From: Candidatus Scatovivens sp.
Lineage (GTDB): Bacteria > Bacillota > Clostridia > TANB77 > CAG-508
NCBI GenBank assembly: GCA_045630665.1
Contig: JAZQTI010000035.1
Location: 1 to 32,366, forward strand
DNA length: 32,366 nt
Direction of reading: 5' to 3'
Part shown: positions 7,549 through 17,501 of the stretch, piece after piece
How the letters are laid out: every line of letters begins with the position of its first letter
How positions within the stretch are numbered: the stretch's first letter is position 1
The notes under the pieces: model-generated
Told to the model about the DNA's origin: nothing
The model's database searches: none
Seen by the model: only the letters and a program-made list of their open reading frames with translations
Program-made: the position numbers and the translations under genes

Positions 7549-10380
7549 CTAATTTATATAAACTCTTACTGTCTCAGGAGTTCCAAAACCTGTAATTAGA
7601 CCACCTGTAACAGTTATATCTTGTTTTACCCATTGTAAATAAGTATGACCTGAAGTAGAACCTATTTTAAATTCGCTTGTTGTACTATATATTACAGTAG
7701 TTTGCCCAACTGCATTAGCATTAACAGCAAAACCACTATTTGCATATACAGTACCACTAAATGTTCCACCAGTATTACAAACTAAACCACCACCACCATC
7801 AATGTTTAAACCGGATACTCGTGGATGATTAGTTCCAAATCCCATTGTTAAATAAGTACCTGCATTGTCATTATGAATATTTAAAGTTCCTGCAGTAATA
7901 TAACTTGCATTAATACCACTGCCAACAATACCACCAGAAATAGAACCACTTGTTGCATATAAATATCCATCAGGTCTTACATAAAATTTATATCCTTGAT
8001 TACTTCCTTGATTTTTGTATATCAACATTGCTGGTTCATTATATGCTCTATCACTTCTTATTTCAAATGAGTATTCTCCAATTTGTTTTTGCAAATTTGT
8101 ACTATATAAATTCCATCCACCAATAGTTCCACTTGTTGCAGTTAAAACACCTGCAGTTGTTACAGCAAATTTACCATTTCCAAGACTTATTGATGAAGCA
8201 GTTATAGTTCCACTTGTTATATTACTTGCATTCAAATTTGTAACATTTACTTTACTAGCGTCTATCGTTCCTGTTGTTATACAACCACCACTTATTGTAG
8301 TAGTACCTGCACTTAAACTTGATTTACTTGCATAAGTTGAACTTGCATTTGATTGTGTTAAATAAGTGTTACTTGCACTTGAAATTGTTAAATAACCACT
8401 TAAATTGATCTTACTTGCATTAATAGTTATACTTTCAGCACTTTGATTAATTTTAGATATGATTTCATTATTTCCTACTTTAGTTGCAACTGTTGAACTA
8501 ATTGAATCAGTTGTTTGATTAATTTCAGTTCTTGTTGTTGTTAATTCATCTTTTGTTGCATAAGTTGAACTTACTGAACTTGTTATTTCATCTGCTTTTA
8601 CATTAATAGCAGTATTCATTTCATTTGTTGTACTATAATTTGTTAATCTTTGATTTACATTTATTGTTATATTTTCTGCAGTTTGACTTATTTTACTATT
8701 TGTTTCGACTTTTGTATAGAATTGATCCGTATACATATTTTTTGCCATTAAAGTTGCTGATATGTAACTACTTGAATATCCTAATAATGTTACAGTATAA
8801 TCTCCTTCACCTAATTCAATTAATGGATATTCATAAGGTATTATTTGCTCACCCGATAATAATCCAACACTTCCATCAGCATTATATTTACACCTTTTTG
8901 TTACCTGACAAGTTTGGCTTTGATAGTTCAAATAAAATTCATCATAATGGTTGCTATCATAATATAATAAATCATTAGGTAATATATAAGGTATTTCTTG
9001 TGTTTTAGTTACCCCATCTTCTACATAAGTTCTCGTAAACATTATTGTCCTTGCTTTTAAATAAGTTGTATTTGATGGGAACAAATTAGTGTTAGGATAC
9101 AAATATGAAATATTTTCACCCACAGGTTTTACAATAATTTGCACAGGTTCACTTGTTCCAACATCTTCAATTGAAACAGTTGCCGTATAGCTTTCTCGTG
9201 TTACAACCATTCCAGATATATTTTGAATTTCACTTTCTATTTCATCAACTCTTTGTGTGATTTGTGATATTTTAGTGTTTTGTTCTGCTGTTTGTTCTAC
9301 AACATCAGTTATCGTTTGATTTTGTTTATCAACAGTTCTTTCAGTTCTTTTTAATTGATTTTCAACCATATCCGTATTATTGACGTATTCAATTGAGCTG
9401 TCTATTATTGCAGGTGCAGATATTGTGCTTTCAATTGCTTTAGGTGATTTACCATTTATTCTTAAAACTATTGTTTCAGTATCATCTATTGTAATAATGT
9501 CTCCGATTTCTAAATAATTTAACCATTCCCCTTTTGTTTCGTAAGGAATATAACCAAATCCATGTACTTGATTATAAAGAGCATTTAATAATTGTTGCCT
9601 TTTTTCCTGTGTATATGCAAATAAGTTATCTAATATTTCTAGTTTATGTACACCATTTACTGCTATATCTGCATCATCTTGTTTTACTACATATTCGCCT
9701 TCAACTTGACTATCTCCAATTATTACTTGGTTTATACCATAGCTTCTTCTTTTCCAGTCAACTGGATCATGTTGATTTTTAGTTAATGTTTCGTTTGTAG
9801 TATTTTTTAATTGTAAATACAACATATCATTTTTAATTATTCCATAAGTACCACTTATTGCACATATTTGTTTTAATACTGTCTTGTTGCTTTCACCACT
9901 TACGAATTGATTATTTTCAACAACGAAACTACCGTTTGGGATACTTAAAACTCCTAAAGTAACTCCTGCTTGTTGACATATATTTTGAAGTTCATTATAT
10001 AGTGTTTTTGGATAAGTTCCTCTTTGTTCAAATGGTGTGTTAAATAATATCAGATTATCAAATGCAGTTATGTGTTTATTAAAATCGTCTTCGTTCTTTT
10101 CGTCAAATACATGAAATGTTCCTAAATCTACATATTCATATCCGTTACCTGTCCATATACCATCATAATATTTAAAAGTGTCAAACTTATCAATATAAGG
10201 CATTTCAAAATCTAGTTGGGAAGCAATAGCATTACCTATTACTTTCCCATCATCATAGCAATCTGCATTATATTCAACATTGAATACTTCGTAATAAGTG
10301 CCGTTTACTAAAATCCTACCTTTTCTCTGCGTTGTTGGTTGTTTTAGAGCATTTTTTATACTATTACTAACTGTTTTCAT
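7549..10380 (-). CDS. Minor tail / baseplate hub-tail spike protein (Tal-like, gp58-like coiled region)
   Basis: Follows TMP and Dit. Has IISKINQSAESITINASKINL and TIGGW motifs and S/T-rich beta-repeats. Confidence 0.8.
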   Translation of the reverse strand: MKTVSNSIKNALKQPTTQRKGRILVNGTYYEVFNVEYNADCYDDGKVIGNAIASQLDFEMPYIDKFDTFKYYDGIWTGNGYEYVDLGTFHVFDEKNEDDFNKHITAFDNLILFNTPFEQRGTYPKTLYNELQNICQQAGVTLGVLSIPNGSFVVENNQFVSGESNKTVLKQICAISGTYGIIKNDMLYLQLKNTTNETLTKNQHDPVDWKRRSYGINQVIIGDSQVEGEYVVKQDDADIAVNGVHKLEILDNLFAYTQEKRQQLLNALYNQVHGFGYIPYETKGEWLNYLEIGDIITIDDTETIVLRINGKSPKAIESTISAPAIIDSSIEYVNNTDMVENQLKRTERTVDKQNQTITDVVEQTAEQNTKISQITQRVDEIESEIQNISGMVVTRESYTATVSIEDVGTSEPVQIIVKPVGENISYLYPNTNLFPSNTTYLKARTIMFTRTYVEDGVTKTQEIPYILPNDLLYYDSNHYDEFYLNYQSQTCQVTKRCKYNADGSVGLLSGEQIIPYEYPLIELGEGDYTVTLLGYSSSYISATLMAKNMYTDQFYTKVETNSKISQTAENITINVNQRLTNYSTTNEMNTAINVKADEITSSVSSTYATKDELTTTRTEINQTTDSISSTVATKVGNNEIISKINQSAESITINASKINLSGYLTISSASNTYLTQSNASSTYASKSSLSAGTTTISGGCITTGTIDASKVNVTNLNASNITSGTITASSISLGNGKFAVTTAGVLTATSGTIGGWNLYSTNLQKQIGEYSFEIRSDRAYNEPAMLIYKNQGSNQGYKFYVRPDGYLYATSGSISGGIVGSGINASYITAGTLNIHNDNAGTYLTMGFGTNHPRVSGLNIDGGGGLVCNTGGTFSGTVYANSGFAVNANAVGQTTVIYSTTSEFKIGSTSGHTYLQWVKQDITVTGGLITGFGTPETVRVYIN

Positions 10381-10745
10381 TATACACTCTCCATAGTTAT
10401 ATCAAATTCATCAAATATTTCATCTGTACTATATAACATGGCATTAGTTGGTTTATTAGAAACTCTAAATATAGCAGTTTTATATGTTCGGTCGTCCTTA
10501 CTCCAATATTCAGCTGTAAAATCATTTATCCATAAGTTGCAATATGCTTTTAAAGTAACTCCATCAATTTGTGAAAAAGTTATTTTTATTGTTGTTTTAC
10601 GTTTTTCAGCAATATTTCTTCTTTCAGTTCCATCCGCCATTGTTTTCTTTGCTAATACAATTTCTTGATTCTCTTTAATTTGGTAACCTTTTCTTAAAAT
10701 ATATTCGAGTTTTGTATTATTAATTTTTATTAAATAATCACTCAT
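10380..10745 (-). CDS. Distal tail (Dit-like) protein
   Basis: Position directly after TMP; T.ADG...R motif; size. Confidence 0.65.
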   Translation of the reverse strand: MSDYLIKINNTKLEYILRKGYQIKENQEIVLAKKTMADGTERRNIAEKRKTTIKITFSQIDGVTLKAYCNLWINDFTAEYWSKDDRTYKTAIFRVSNKPTNAMLYSTDEIFDEFDITMESV

Positions 10746-12523
10746 GATGTTGCCACCTCTCTATTTCTATTTTCAGTGTTTACTACTTCTGCTAAAACTT
10801 TTCCATTTACAACTAATTGTGTTGTATTATTAGTATTGTCAACTAAATTAAATGTTGGAAGTCCAGCCATAGCCATTTGATAAGTTCCACTTGTTTCAAC
10901 ATTAGCAGACATTTTACTTGTTTCTAAATCAATTGCTTTTTGCATATCTCTATATACATCATCTAATTCATCTTCAAAACCTACACCAAGTCCTGCACTT
11001 AATTGAGCACCGATTTCATCAGCAAATACTTTAGATGGCGAATGAATACCAAAGAAACCTTTAAATGTATTAACAATACCACCAGCAAAGTTTTTAACAC
11101 TATTTTTTAAACTATCCCATGTGTTTTTTATACCATTCCATAATCCTTCAATTAAATTTTTACCTATATTGAAGAAATCCCCAATTCCTTCCATGAATCC
11201 ATTTACCATAGATGATAAAATTTGAGGGATTCTAGATAGCAAATCTGGAATTGCTTTTATCAAGCCAAGACCTAATTCTGCTATTATTCTAATTGCTGCA
11301 CTTGCTAATTGTGGAGCTAATTCTATTAAAACAGCAACTATTTTTATAATTATTTCAGGTAATCTTGCTAGTAATTCAGGTAATGCATTCATTATACCTT
11401 CGGTTAATGCAACTAATAATACAATACCCATTTCAATTATTTCATCCATGTGATCTAATAATATATTTACTATATCTAATATAACTTTTGTTATAACAGG
11501 TATAAGTTCTGGCAACGCTTTTGCAATTCCTTTTGTTAATTCTAATAATAACTCAATACCCATTTCTAATAATGCTGGCAAATTTTCAATTAAAGTTGTT
11601 GTAAGTGTCATTATTAATTTACCTGCACCTTCAATAATTGATGGTGCTATTGTTTCAAGTAATTCAGGTAATTTTTCAATTACAACATTTGTTAATTCAA
11701 TTAACCCTTCAATAACTTGTGGTGCAATTTCTACAATATTTTCTAATAATATTTCACTAAAATTCATTAATGCATCTGATACATCATTTATACTTCCTGA
11801 ACCTGATAGAAAATTTCCTATTGATGCTTTTAATGTATTAAATGAGCCAGCAAATGTTTTATTTTCTTTTGCATAATTTCCTTCCGCATAAGCAGTTTTT
11901 TCTAAAAACATTTCCATTGCTAATCCAACTTTGGTAGCATTATCCATGTTTGCATAAGATTCTTCTATACCTTTACTCATAGCATAAGCCTCAATAGTGG
12001 TTGCATTCATGGCTACACCCAAGTTATCCATCATTGTAAAGTTACCTTTGGCAGCACCAGCTATACTTTCCATTGCTGAATTTACATCAATACCCATGAT
12101 TGAGGCAACGTCAGCAGCTCTTTGCATTGCTTGTGTTGATAATTCCATAGATGTTTCTATATCTATACCACTGCCTTGCATTAATGCTCCCATTTTATTA
12201 GCAGTTGCCATAAAATCATTGGCACTAATACCCATTTGTTCAAATGCTTTTCCTGCTTTATCTTGCACTGTATCAGCAAAATTTTTAAATACTGCTTCTG
12301 TACCACCAATTTGTTGTTCTAATTCTCCTGCTGCTTGTACTGATTTTGCAACTAATCCTGTTATTGCAGTTGCAGCAACACCAACACCGGCTGCTACCGT
12401 TTTGAATCCAGTTTTTGCGATTGATTGCATTTTATCAAGACCACTTTTGAATCCTGAATCATTTAGTTCAGTATCAATAACAACTTTACCATCAGCAAAT
12501 AATTGTATATTTAATTTTAACAT
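10742..12523 (-). CDS. Tail tape measure protein with Prp-type N-terminal leader
   Basis: ELEQQIGG, GNFTMMDNLG, LPELL amphipathic repeats, GIHSPSKVF. Start is ATG 12523 with RBS GAAAGGAGG (track start 12544). Confidence 0.92.
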   Translation of the reverse strand: MLKLNIQLFADGKVVIDTELNDSGFKSGLDKMQSIAKTGFKTVAAGVGVAATAITGLVAKSVQAAGELEQQIGGTEAVFKNFADTVQDKAGKAFEQMGISANDFMATANKMGALMQGSGIDIETSMELSTQAMQRAADVASIMGIDVNSAMESIAGAAKGNFTMMDNLGVAMNATTIEAYAMSKGIEESYANMDNATKVGLAMEMFLEKTAYAEGNYAKENKTFAGSFNTLKASIGNFLSGSGSINDVSDALMNFSEILLENIVEIAPQVIEGLIELTNVVIEKLPELLETIAPSIIEGAGKLIMTLTTTLIENLPALLEMGIELLLELTKGIAKALPELIPVITKVILDIVNILLDHMDEIIEMGIVLLVALTEGIMNALPELLARLPEIIIKIVAVLIELAPQLASAAIRIIAELGLGLIKAIPDLLSRIPQILSSMVNGFMEGIGDFFNIGKNLIEGLWNGIKNTWDSLKNSVKNFAGGIVNTFKGFFGIHSPSKVFADEIGAQLSAGLGVGFEDELDDVYRDMQKAIDLETSKMSANVETSGTYQMAMAGLPTFNLVDNTNNTTQLVVNGKVLAEVVNTENRNREVATS

Positions 12524-12537
12524 TGTATTCCTCCTTT

Positions 12538-13098
12538 CTACCAAAACGCTTCTGCAAATTCTTGCTCTTTTTCTTCTTGACTTCTGTTATCAGGTAGAGC
12601 ATATTCTCTTTGCAGTTTTTGATACCTTTTCTTTTCTTCTTTATTTTTAATTTTATTAATATCAATTGCACGATAACTCATAATTTCACATATTTTATTA
12701 TCGTTTTTTAAGCCCTCAAACATTGCTTTAAATTTAAACCAATGTAAATATTCAATTTCGTTTAAATCTATTTTATATTGATCTAAAAATGCCGTATAAA
12801 TTAAATCGCTATCATGTTCAAAGGAATATATTTTTTTATTTTTGACTTTCTCGCCTTTTTTACTTTTTGTTTTTTCTGTGTTTTTGCCTCTTGAATAAAA
12901 CCACAATATAACTTCCATTGCTTTTTTTATATCTTTTGGTATTTCTTCATAGAACAATTGCAAGGTTAATATTATTTTGTCTTCTTTTCCTATTTCATTG
13001 TCTTGCATAAGCAATTCAAATAAAATAAAAGACCTAAAATTAGTATTAATTTTAAGTCCTTCATATTCAGTAGGTAATTTATCTACTAATAAGTTCAT
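12538..13098 (-). CDS. Gp15-like tail assembly chaperone
   Basis: INTNFR...YSFEHDSDLIYTAFLDQYKIDL...LHWFKFKAMF...IMSYR...YALP; lies upstream of TMP. Confidence 0.85.
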   Translation of the reverse strand: MNLLVDKLPTEYEGLKINTNFRSFILFELLMQDNEIGKEDKIILTLQLFYEEIPKDIKKAMEVILWFYSRGKNTEKTKSKKGEKVKNKKIYSFEHDSDLIYTAFLDQYKIDLNEIEYLHWFKFKAMFEGLKNDNKICEIMSYRAIDINKIKNKEEKKRYQKLQREYALPDNRSQEEKEQEFAEAFW

Positions 13099-13099
13099 T

Positions 13100-13435
13100 T
13101 TACCTTTTTAGCCTATCAGGACTATATTTACTAACCTTTGCTTGAAATTCGTCTATTTGTGATTTTCTAGCATTGATTATGTCCTCATAAGCATCTAAAC
13201 ATTGTTTCAAACTATCTTTATTTCCAAATAGTTTTTCACTTGTGCCATCACCTAGAACATAATCAAGAAAGTCTTTTAATATTTTACATTCCTGCCTTAT
13301 GCCTTCGGCTGGTGATAAAGTAGAATTTTTTAGTTCTTCTGCTCTATCATAAACTTGTTTGCTTCCTTTTTCGATTTTTTCGAGTATGTCAGCATCAGTA
13401 AAGTCAATTTCTAACTCTACACCATTAATTTTCAT
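13100..13435 (-). CDS. Tail assembly chaperone
   Basis: Lies between the major tail gene and the Gp15-like gene; FLDYVLGDGTSEKLFG. Confidence 0.75.
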   Translation of the reverse strand: MKINGVELEIDFTDADILEKIEKGSKQVYDRAEELKNSTLSPAEGIRQECKILKDFLDYVLGDGTSEKLFGNKDSLKQCLDAYEDIINARKSQIDEFQAKVSKYSPDRLKR

Positions 13436-13459
13436 AAATAAATTACCTCCTATTTTTTA

Positions 13460-13966
13460 TTATAAGCTTACTTCTGGTGTGAATGTAGCAACTGAACTAT
13501 CAGTATTTAATGTAGCAGTTCCTTTAATTCTTGAACCAGTAGCTCTAAAAGTTCCACTATAAGTATATGCGTCCATTGAATCACCATCAGAGTCACCAAT
13601 TATTGCATATTCTCTTTTTGTTGCTTTATAAACACCATCTTGCCCTGATACAGGTTGTGAAAAATCAACTGTTACAATATTTCTTCTTGCATCAGTTCCA
13701 GTTTTTTCACCATCAAGAATTTCAACCATTTCATCATGAACTAAATCTCCACTATATTGATCGAAACCAAATTCAATACTTGGTGAATATCCAGTAACAT
13801 CAGTTGTTTCAAATTCTTCATCAACATATTGTCTTGAGTATTCATTTGGATTTTTTGAACCACTTAAAGTTGTAAATCCACGCATACGATTAAAAGTTTC
13901 AGTCCCAGTTCCCATATTTCCAAAAAATGAAACTTTATCACTTCTTTTTACTAGAGTTCTTGGCAT
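13460..13966 (-). CDS. Major tail (tube) protein
   Basis: NPNEYSRQYVDE...TGYSPSIEF; position; C-terminal ATFTP. Confidence 0.8.
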   Translation of the reverse strand: MPRTLVKRSDKVSFFGNMGTGTETFNRMRGFTTLSGSKNPNEYSRQYVDEEFETTDVTGYSPSIEFGFDQYSGDLVHDEMVEILDGEKTGTDARRNIVTVDFSQPVSGQDGVYKATKREYAIIGDSDGDSMDAYTYSGTFRATGSRIKGTATLNTDSSVATFTPEVSL

Positions 13967-13970
13967 TTTA

Positions 13971-14381
13971 CTAAACCTCCTTTAAATAAGTTATTCTCAT
14001 TTGAATTGCATATTTTGCAGTACCATTTTCTTCATCTTGAATAGTACCATCCGTTAAGCATTCAATTGATTGTATTCCATCTATTTCAGGTAGAATACCT
14101 CTTGAGTTATTATATTCTATTTGATTTTTAAATCTATCATAAAAATCTAAATTTCTTATATTTTGTGCCTTACTATTATCATAAAATTCTCGGCTACTAA
14201 AATTAAATACATATTGATTTAAAGAGCCACCATCAGAATAAGGTTTTATAACATGTTCTACTGGTACAGGTTCTATTGTATATGTAGTTGCTTCTTCTTC
14301 TAGAAAATCAGCAAGGATATTGTTAAATTCTTCAGCAAGAGTAACGTTTTCTAAAAAATAATTTATAATTTTTTCTACCAT
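13971..14381 (-). CDS. Head-tail completion / tail terminator-like protein
   Basis: Position; C-terminal AKYAIQMRITY. Confidence 0.65.
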   Translation of the reverse strand: MVEKIINYFLENVTLAEEFNNILADFLEEEATTYTIEPVPVEHVIKPYSDGGSLNQYVFNFSSREFYDNSKAQNIRNLDFYDRFKNQIEYNNSRGILPEIDGIQSIECLTDGTIQDEENGTAKYAIQMRITYLKEV

Positions 14382-14382
14382 T

Positions 14383-14727
14383 TTACTTATTTCCTTTCAA
14401 TTTTTTCGCATAAGCTTCAACTTCTTTTACAATTAAGCCCTTTTCATTTGCTACCATTTTTTTGTCCCAATATTTGCCTCTTATACCTTTTCCTTTATTT
14501 GTAGTGTATTGCTTATGTGCATATTGTTCTTCATAAGTTACACTACCTGGTCTTACAGTTGCATGACTAGCTAATGTCCCAGTATCTAAAGGTACATATT
14601 TATGCATTCTTCTAAAACAAGTATTTGCAAGAAAAAGTTGTGTGTCTCCTCCTTCTTGCATTCCATACTTATCTATTATTTTTTTTCCATCAAAATCTTT
14701 TAATGTGTATTCTAATGTTAAACTCAT
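14383..14727 (-). CDS. Neck/minor capsid protein (Minor_capsid_2-like)
   Basis: MHKYVPLDTGTL...YAHKQY...GKYWDKKM. Confidence 0.75.
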   Translation of the reverse strand: MSLTLEYTLKDFDGKKIIDKYGMQEGGDTQLFLANTCFRRMHKYVPLDTGTLASHATVRPGSVTYEEQYAHKQYTTNKGKGIRGKYWDKKMVANEKGLIVKEVEAYAKKLKGNK

Positions 14728-15125
14728 TATTTCCCTCTTATTTCAAAATGGTGCATATTTTCACTACCAAAGTCTTTATCATCAACCATAGTTATCGTAA
14801 ATACTTCATAAGTAGACAAATCTTTTATTCCTGATATTTGAGTTTCTGTAACCAATCCTTTTATTATAAAATCACCATTTTTTAGTGTCCAACCATTACC
14901 GTTGTATTGTTTTGGTTTTACATATTCACTCATATCATTTTTATCTTTTGGAACATAAACATTTACATTGTCAGCTTCATCATAACCATGATTTAAGTTA
15001 ACGCCTTTGCTATCATCCCAAAATACATTGTCTATTATATGTCTTTTATAAACAATATTTTTAGTAAATGAATCAGTATGTTTATTAAAAACACACATAT
15101 TAGTATTAGTCATCATTTTAATCAA
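14727..15125 (-). CDS. Head closure / stopper-like protein
   Basis: Position; WTLKNGDFIIKG...HHFEI. Confidence 0.65.
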   Translation of the reverse strand: MIKMMTNTNMCVFNKHTDSFTKNIVYKRHIIDNVFWDDSKGVNLNHGYDEADNVNVYVPKDKNDMSEYVKPKQYNGNGWTLKNGDFIIKGLVTETQISGIKDLSTYEVFTITMVDDKDFGSENMHHFEIRGK

Positions 15126-15504
15126 CTCCTAAATACAAGATATGTTCACCATTAACAATTACACCATATAAATCATTTATAATGATGTCATCTAATTCGG
15201 CACTCTTGTTTTTAATAATTTCCTTAATGTCATTTGCATAACTAACTGAATAACTACCAACACTTTCACTATTAATATTTCTATTAATATCATTTTGGTA
15301 AAGTTGTATTTTATTTATTAAATTATAAACACATAATTTTACTTCATTTGGTATTATAGTTTCATCTATTAATCTTCTTTGAGTTTTTAAATCAATTTGC
15401 TTTCTAGCCTCAAATTCTAATAGATTAAAAGGCATATCGCCAATTGCAGAACCACCCAATTCTTGATATTCTGCATAAGTTAGGTATTGTCCTTCAAATG
15501 TCAT
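15118..15504 (-). CDS. Head-tail adaptor protein
   Basis: YLTYAEY..LGG...A...ID..T, SESVGSYSVSY, LYLGV. Confidence 0.8.
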   Translation of the reverse strand: MTFEGQYLTYAEYQELGGSAIGDMPFNLLEFEARKQIDLKTQRRLIDETIIPNEVKLCVYNLINKIQLYQNDINRNINSESVGSYSVSYANDIKEIIKNKSAELDDIIINDLYGVIVNGEHILYLGVD

Positions 15505-15521
15505 AATATGCCTCCTTTATA

Positions 15522-16433
15522 TTATAAACTTACTGTTCCGTTTGGTACTAATGCAGCAAATGGGTATCTAGTTTCAGTTCCGTCTAATGCAGTAACTGGA
15601 TTTGGTATAGCATAACCCATACGGAATGTTACACGTAATGCAACCATATCTTCTTGTGCTAGGTTGTATAAAATTTCACCAGTTGATGGATCTTGAATAA
15701 CTGCTTGGTCTAATACTTTATAAGTAACATCTTGTCTAATTGAATAAACAGCATTGTTAAAATCACCAGCAATTAATGTAGCTTCAGTTTTATCCCATGC
15801 ACCATTGTCAAGATATTCACGTCTTAAATTACCAATTTCAGTTGATGCTAATGGTTGACCAGTTGTATCAGTCATCATACGGAATTTACCTTTAAGACCA
15901 ACACCACCTAGTAATGCTGTTACATTAAATCCACTTTCTTCAACTTGTGTCATTGTGTCATTAATATCACTATATAATTTTCCAGTTTCAGTAACTGTTT
16001 TACCTTTAGCAATAATTTCAGGAATAATACCATTTCCCCATGATTGTGGAGCACCTTCCCCTCTAAATACTGCTTCATCTATTTTTTTAGCAATAGCACT
16101 TACTAATTGTGGTCTAATTTCAGCCCATAGATCAACATCTACATCGTTTAATAAGTTTTCTTTAATTGGAACTATTACTGCTAATTCTTCAGCTGTAATA
16201 AATACGTTTTTCCAAGCTGATGTTGTTAAATTTTTTCTACCATTATTTGTATTTTCATCTACAAAGTATGCTAATGGTAAAGCATCAGATACTCTTAATT
16301 TTGTTTTATCACTAGACATATTAGGTAATCTTCTGAATAGTGATAATGCTTTTGATTCTTTTTGTGCATCTTCAAATATCTCACGAACTACTTGTTCTTC
16401 GATTAATGCACCTGCTTCAGTTTTTGTTATCAT
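15522..16433 (-). CDS. Major capsid protein (HK97 fold)
   Basis: AYFVDE, EELAVIVPI.E..L.D, KIDEAV..G, GDF, NLAQEDMVALRVTFRMG. Confidence 0.92.
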   Translation of the reverse strand: MITKTEAGALIEEQVVREIFEDAQKESKALSLFRRLPNMSSDKTKLRVSDALPLAYFVDENTNNGRKNLTTSAWKNVFITAEELAVIVPIKENLLNDVDVDLWAEIRPQLVSAIAKKIDEAVFRGEGAPQSWGNGIIPEIIAKGKTVTETGKLYSDINDTMTQVEESGFNVTALLGGVGLKGKFRMMTDTTGQPLASTEIGNLRREYLDNGAWDKTEATLIAGDFNNAVYSIRQDVTYKVLDQAVIQDPSTGEILYNLAQEDMVALRVTFRMGYAIPNPVTALDGTETRYPFAALVPNGTVSL

Positions 16434-16451
16434 TTTTATTTCTCCTTCTTT

Positions 16452-16952
16452 TTAATTTTTTGTACCACGTAATAAACTATTCATAATATCATTTGTAGTT
16501 TGTGGTTTTGTTCCACCTGCTAATGTAGGTGAACTTTGCACTTTCTTAACTACAACTTCTCCAAAATATTGAGTATTTTCTTTTTTGTAATTTTTAAGTG
16601 CTGTATCAAAATCAGTAGTGTCATTAACCATAGACATTACTTCACTTGTAACGAATTTTAAAAATTCAGGTTTAACATCACTGCCAGCAACTTTACTTGT
16701 TGCTTTTAATAATGCGTTCTCTCTTTTTAATGCTTCATTACTCGTTTGTAATTCATTGATTTTTTCACTATCATTTTGATTAGATTTTTTCCACTCTAGA
16801 AATTCTTTATATTTTTCATCTTTTTGCCAATCTGAATTAGCTTTCTTCACACCAGCATTAAATGAATTATCTAAATCTTCCTTTGTGTATGTTTTTTGAG
16901 TAGGTTCTTCTACTTTTTTTTCCGTTACTTGAACGTCTTTGTTATCTTCCAT
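16452..16952 (-). CDS. Capsid scaffolding protein
   Basis: Directly upstream of MCP; KTYTKEDLD motif; coiled coil. Likely start is ATG 16952 with RBS AAGGAG. Confidence 0.8.
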   Translation of the reverse strand: MEDNKDVQVTEKKVEEPTQKTYTKEDLDNSFNAGVKKANSDWQKDEKYKEFLEWKKSNQNDSEKINELQTSNEALKRENALLKATSKVAGSDVKPEFLKFVTSEVMSMVNDTTDFDTALKNYKKENTQYFGEVVVKKVQSSPTLAGGTKPQTTNDIMNSLLRGTKN

Positions 16953-17043
16953 AACATTTTCTCCTTCTTTTATAGACATAGTTTAGTCTTATTCCACTTT
17001 TTTTGTGTCGTGTGCAACTATTGTTCTCTCGAACTCTATAATA

Positions 17044-17080
17044 ATTATACTATAAAATAAAAAAAGTGTCAAAGACACTA
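17044..17080 (-). promoter_or_regulatory. Consensus SigA promoter for the capsid/tail operon, overlapping the tRNA terminator
   Basis: TTGACA (17067-17072)-17 bp-TATAAT (17044-17049). The -35 box lies in the hairpin AGTGTC-TTT-GACACT-T7. Confidence 0.75.
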
Positions 17081-17090
17081 TAATTTCACA

Positions 17091-17164
17091 TGGCAGGGAA
17101 TAAGTGAATCGAACACTTATCAATGGTTTTGGAGACCATGATTTTACCATTAAACTAATCCCCT
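17091..17164 (-). tRNA. trnW: tRNA-Trp (CCA), 3' CCA encoded
   Basis: Acceptor stem AGGGGAT/ATTCCCT, D arm GTTTAATGGTAAAAT, anticodon loop CT-CCA-AA, T loop GTTCGATTC, discriminator G, then CCA. Confidence 0.93.
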
Positions 17165-17176
17165 ATAAAAGCAAGA

Positions 17177-17488
17177 TTATTCCTTGCTTGATTTTTTCTT
17201 TTTAGGTTTAGTAGTTGTTATCTCTGTTTTAACACTAACTGCTTTTTCTAATTCTTCTATTGGTGATTGTGATAATATTTTTATTTCAGGCTCAACCTCA
17301 ATTACTTTAACAACTACTTTATTTAAAGGATTATTTCCTGTCAAATAATCAACCATTTTTTCATCGCATTCAAAAGTATCGCCTTTAAATAATTTACCTT
17401 TTTCTGCTACTGACTTTCTTGTAATGTTTTTCAATTCATTAAACTTTTCTAATGTAAAATCTTCATTAATAACTTCAACTTTTATCAT
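17177..17488 (-). CDS. Hypothetical protein, basic C-terminal tail
   Basis: ORF track; RBS AAGGAGGAG; co-transcribed with GT2. Confidence 0.75.
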   Translation of the reverse strand: MIKVEVINEDFTLEKFNELKNITRKSVAEKGKLFKGDTFECDEKMVDYLTGNNPLNKVVVKVIEVEPEIKILSQSPIEELEKAVSVKTEITTTKPKKKKSSKE

Positions 17489-17501
17489 GCTATCTCCTCC
17501 T

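Noticed and set aside
5720-10380. Diversity-generating retroelement target in tail genes
   Set aside because: No reverse transcriptase or template/variable repeat pair is visible in the window.
17091-17164. Suppressor tRNA or alternative genetic code
   Set aside because: The anticodon is CCA, core genes are intact in code 11, and TGA and TAG both serve as stops.
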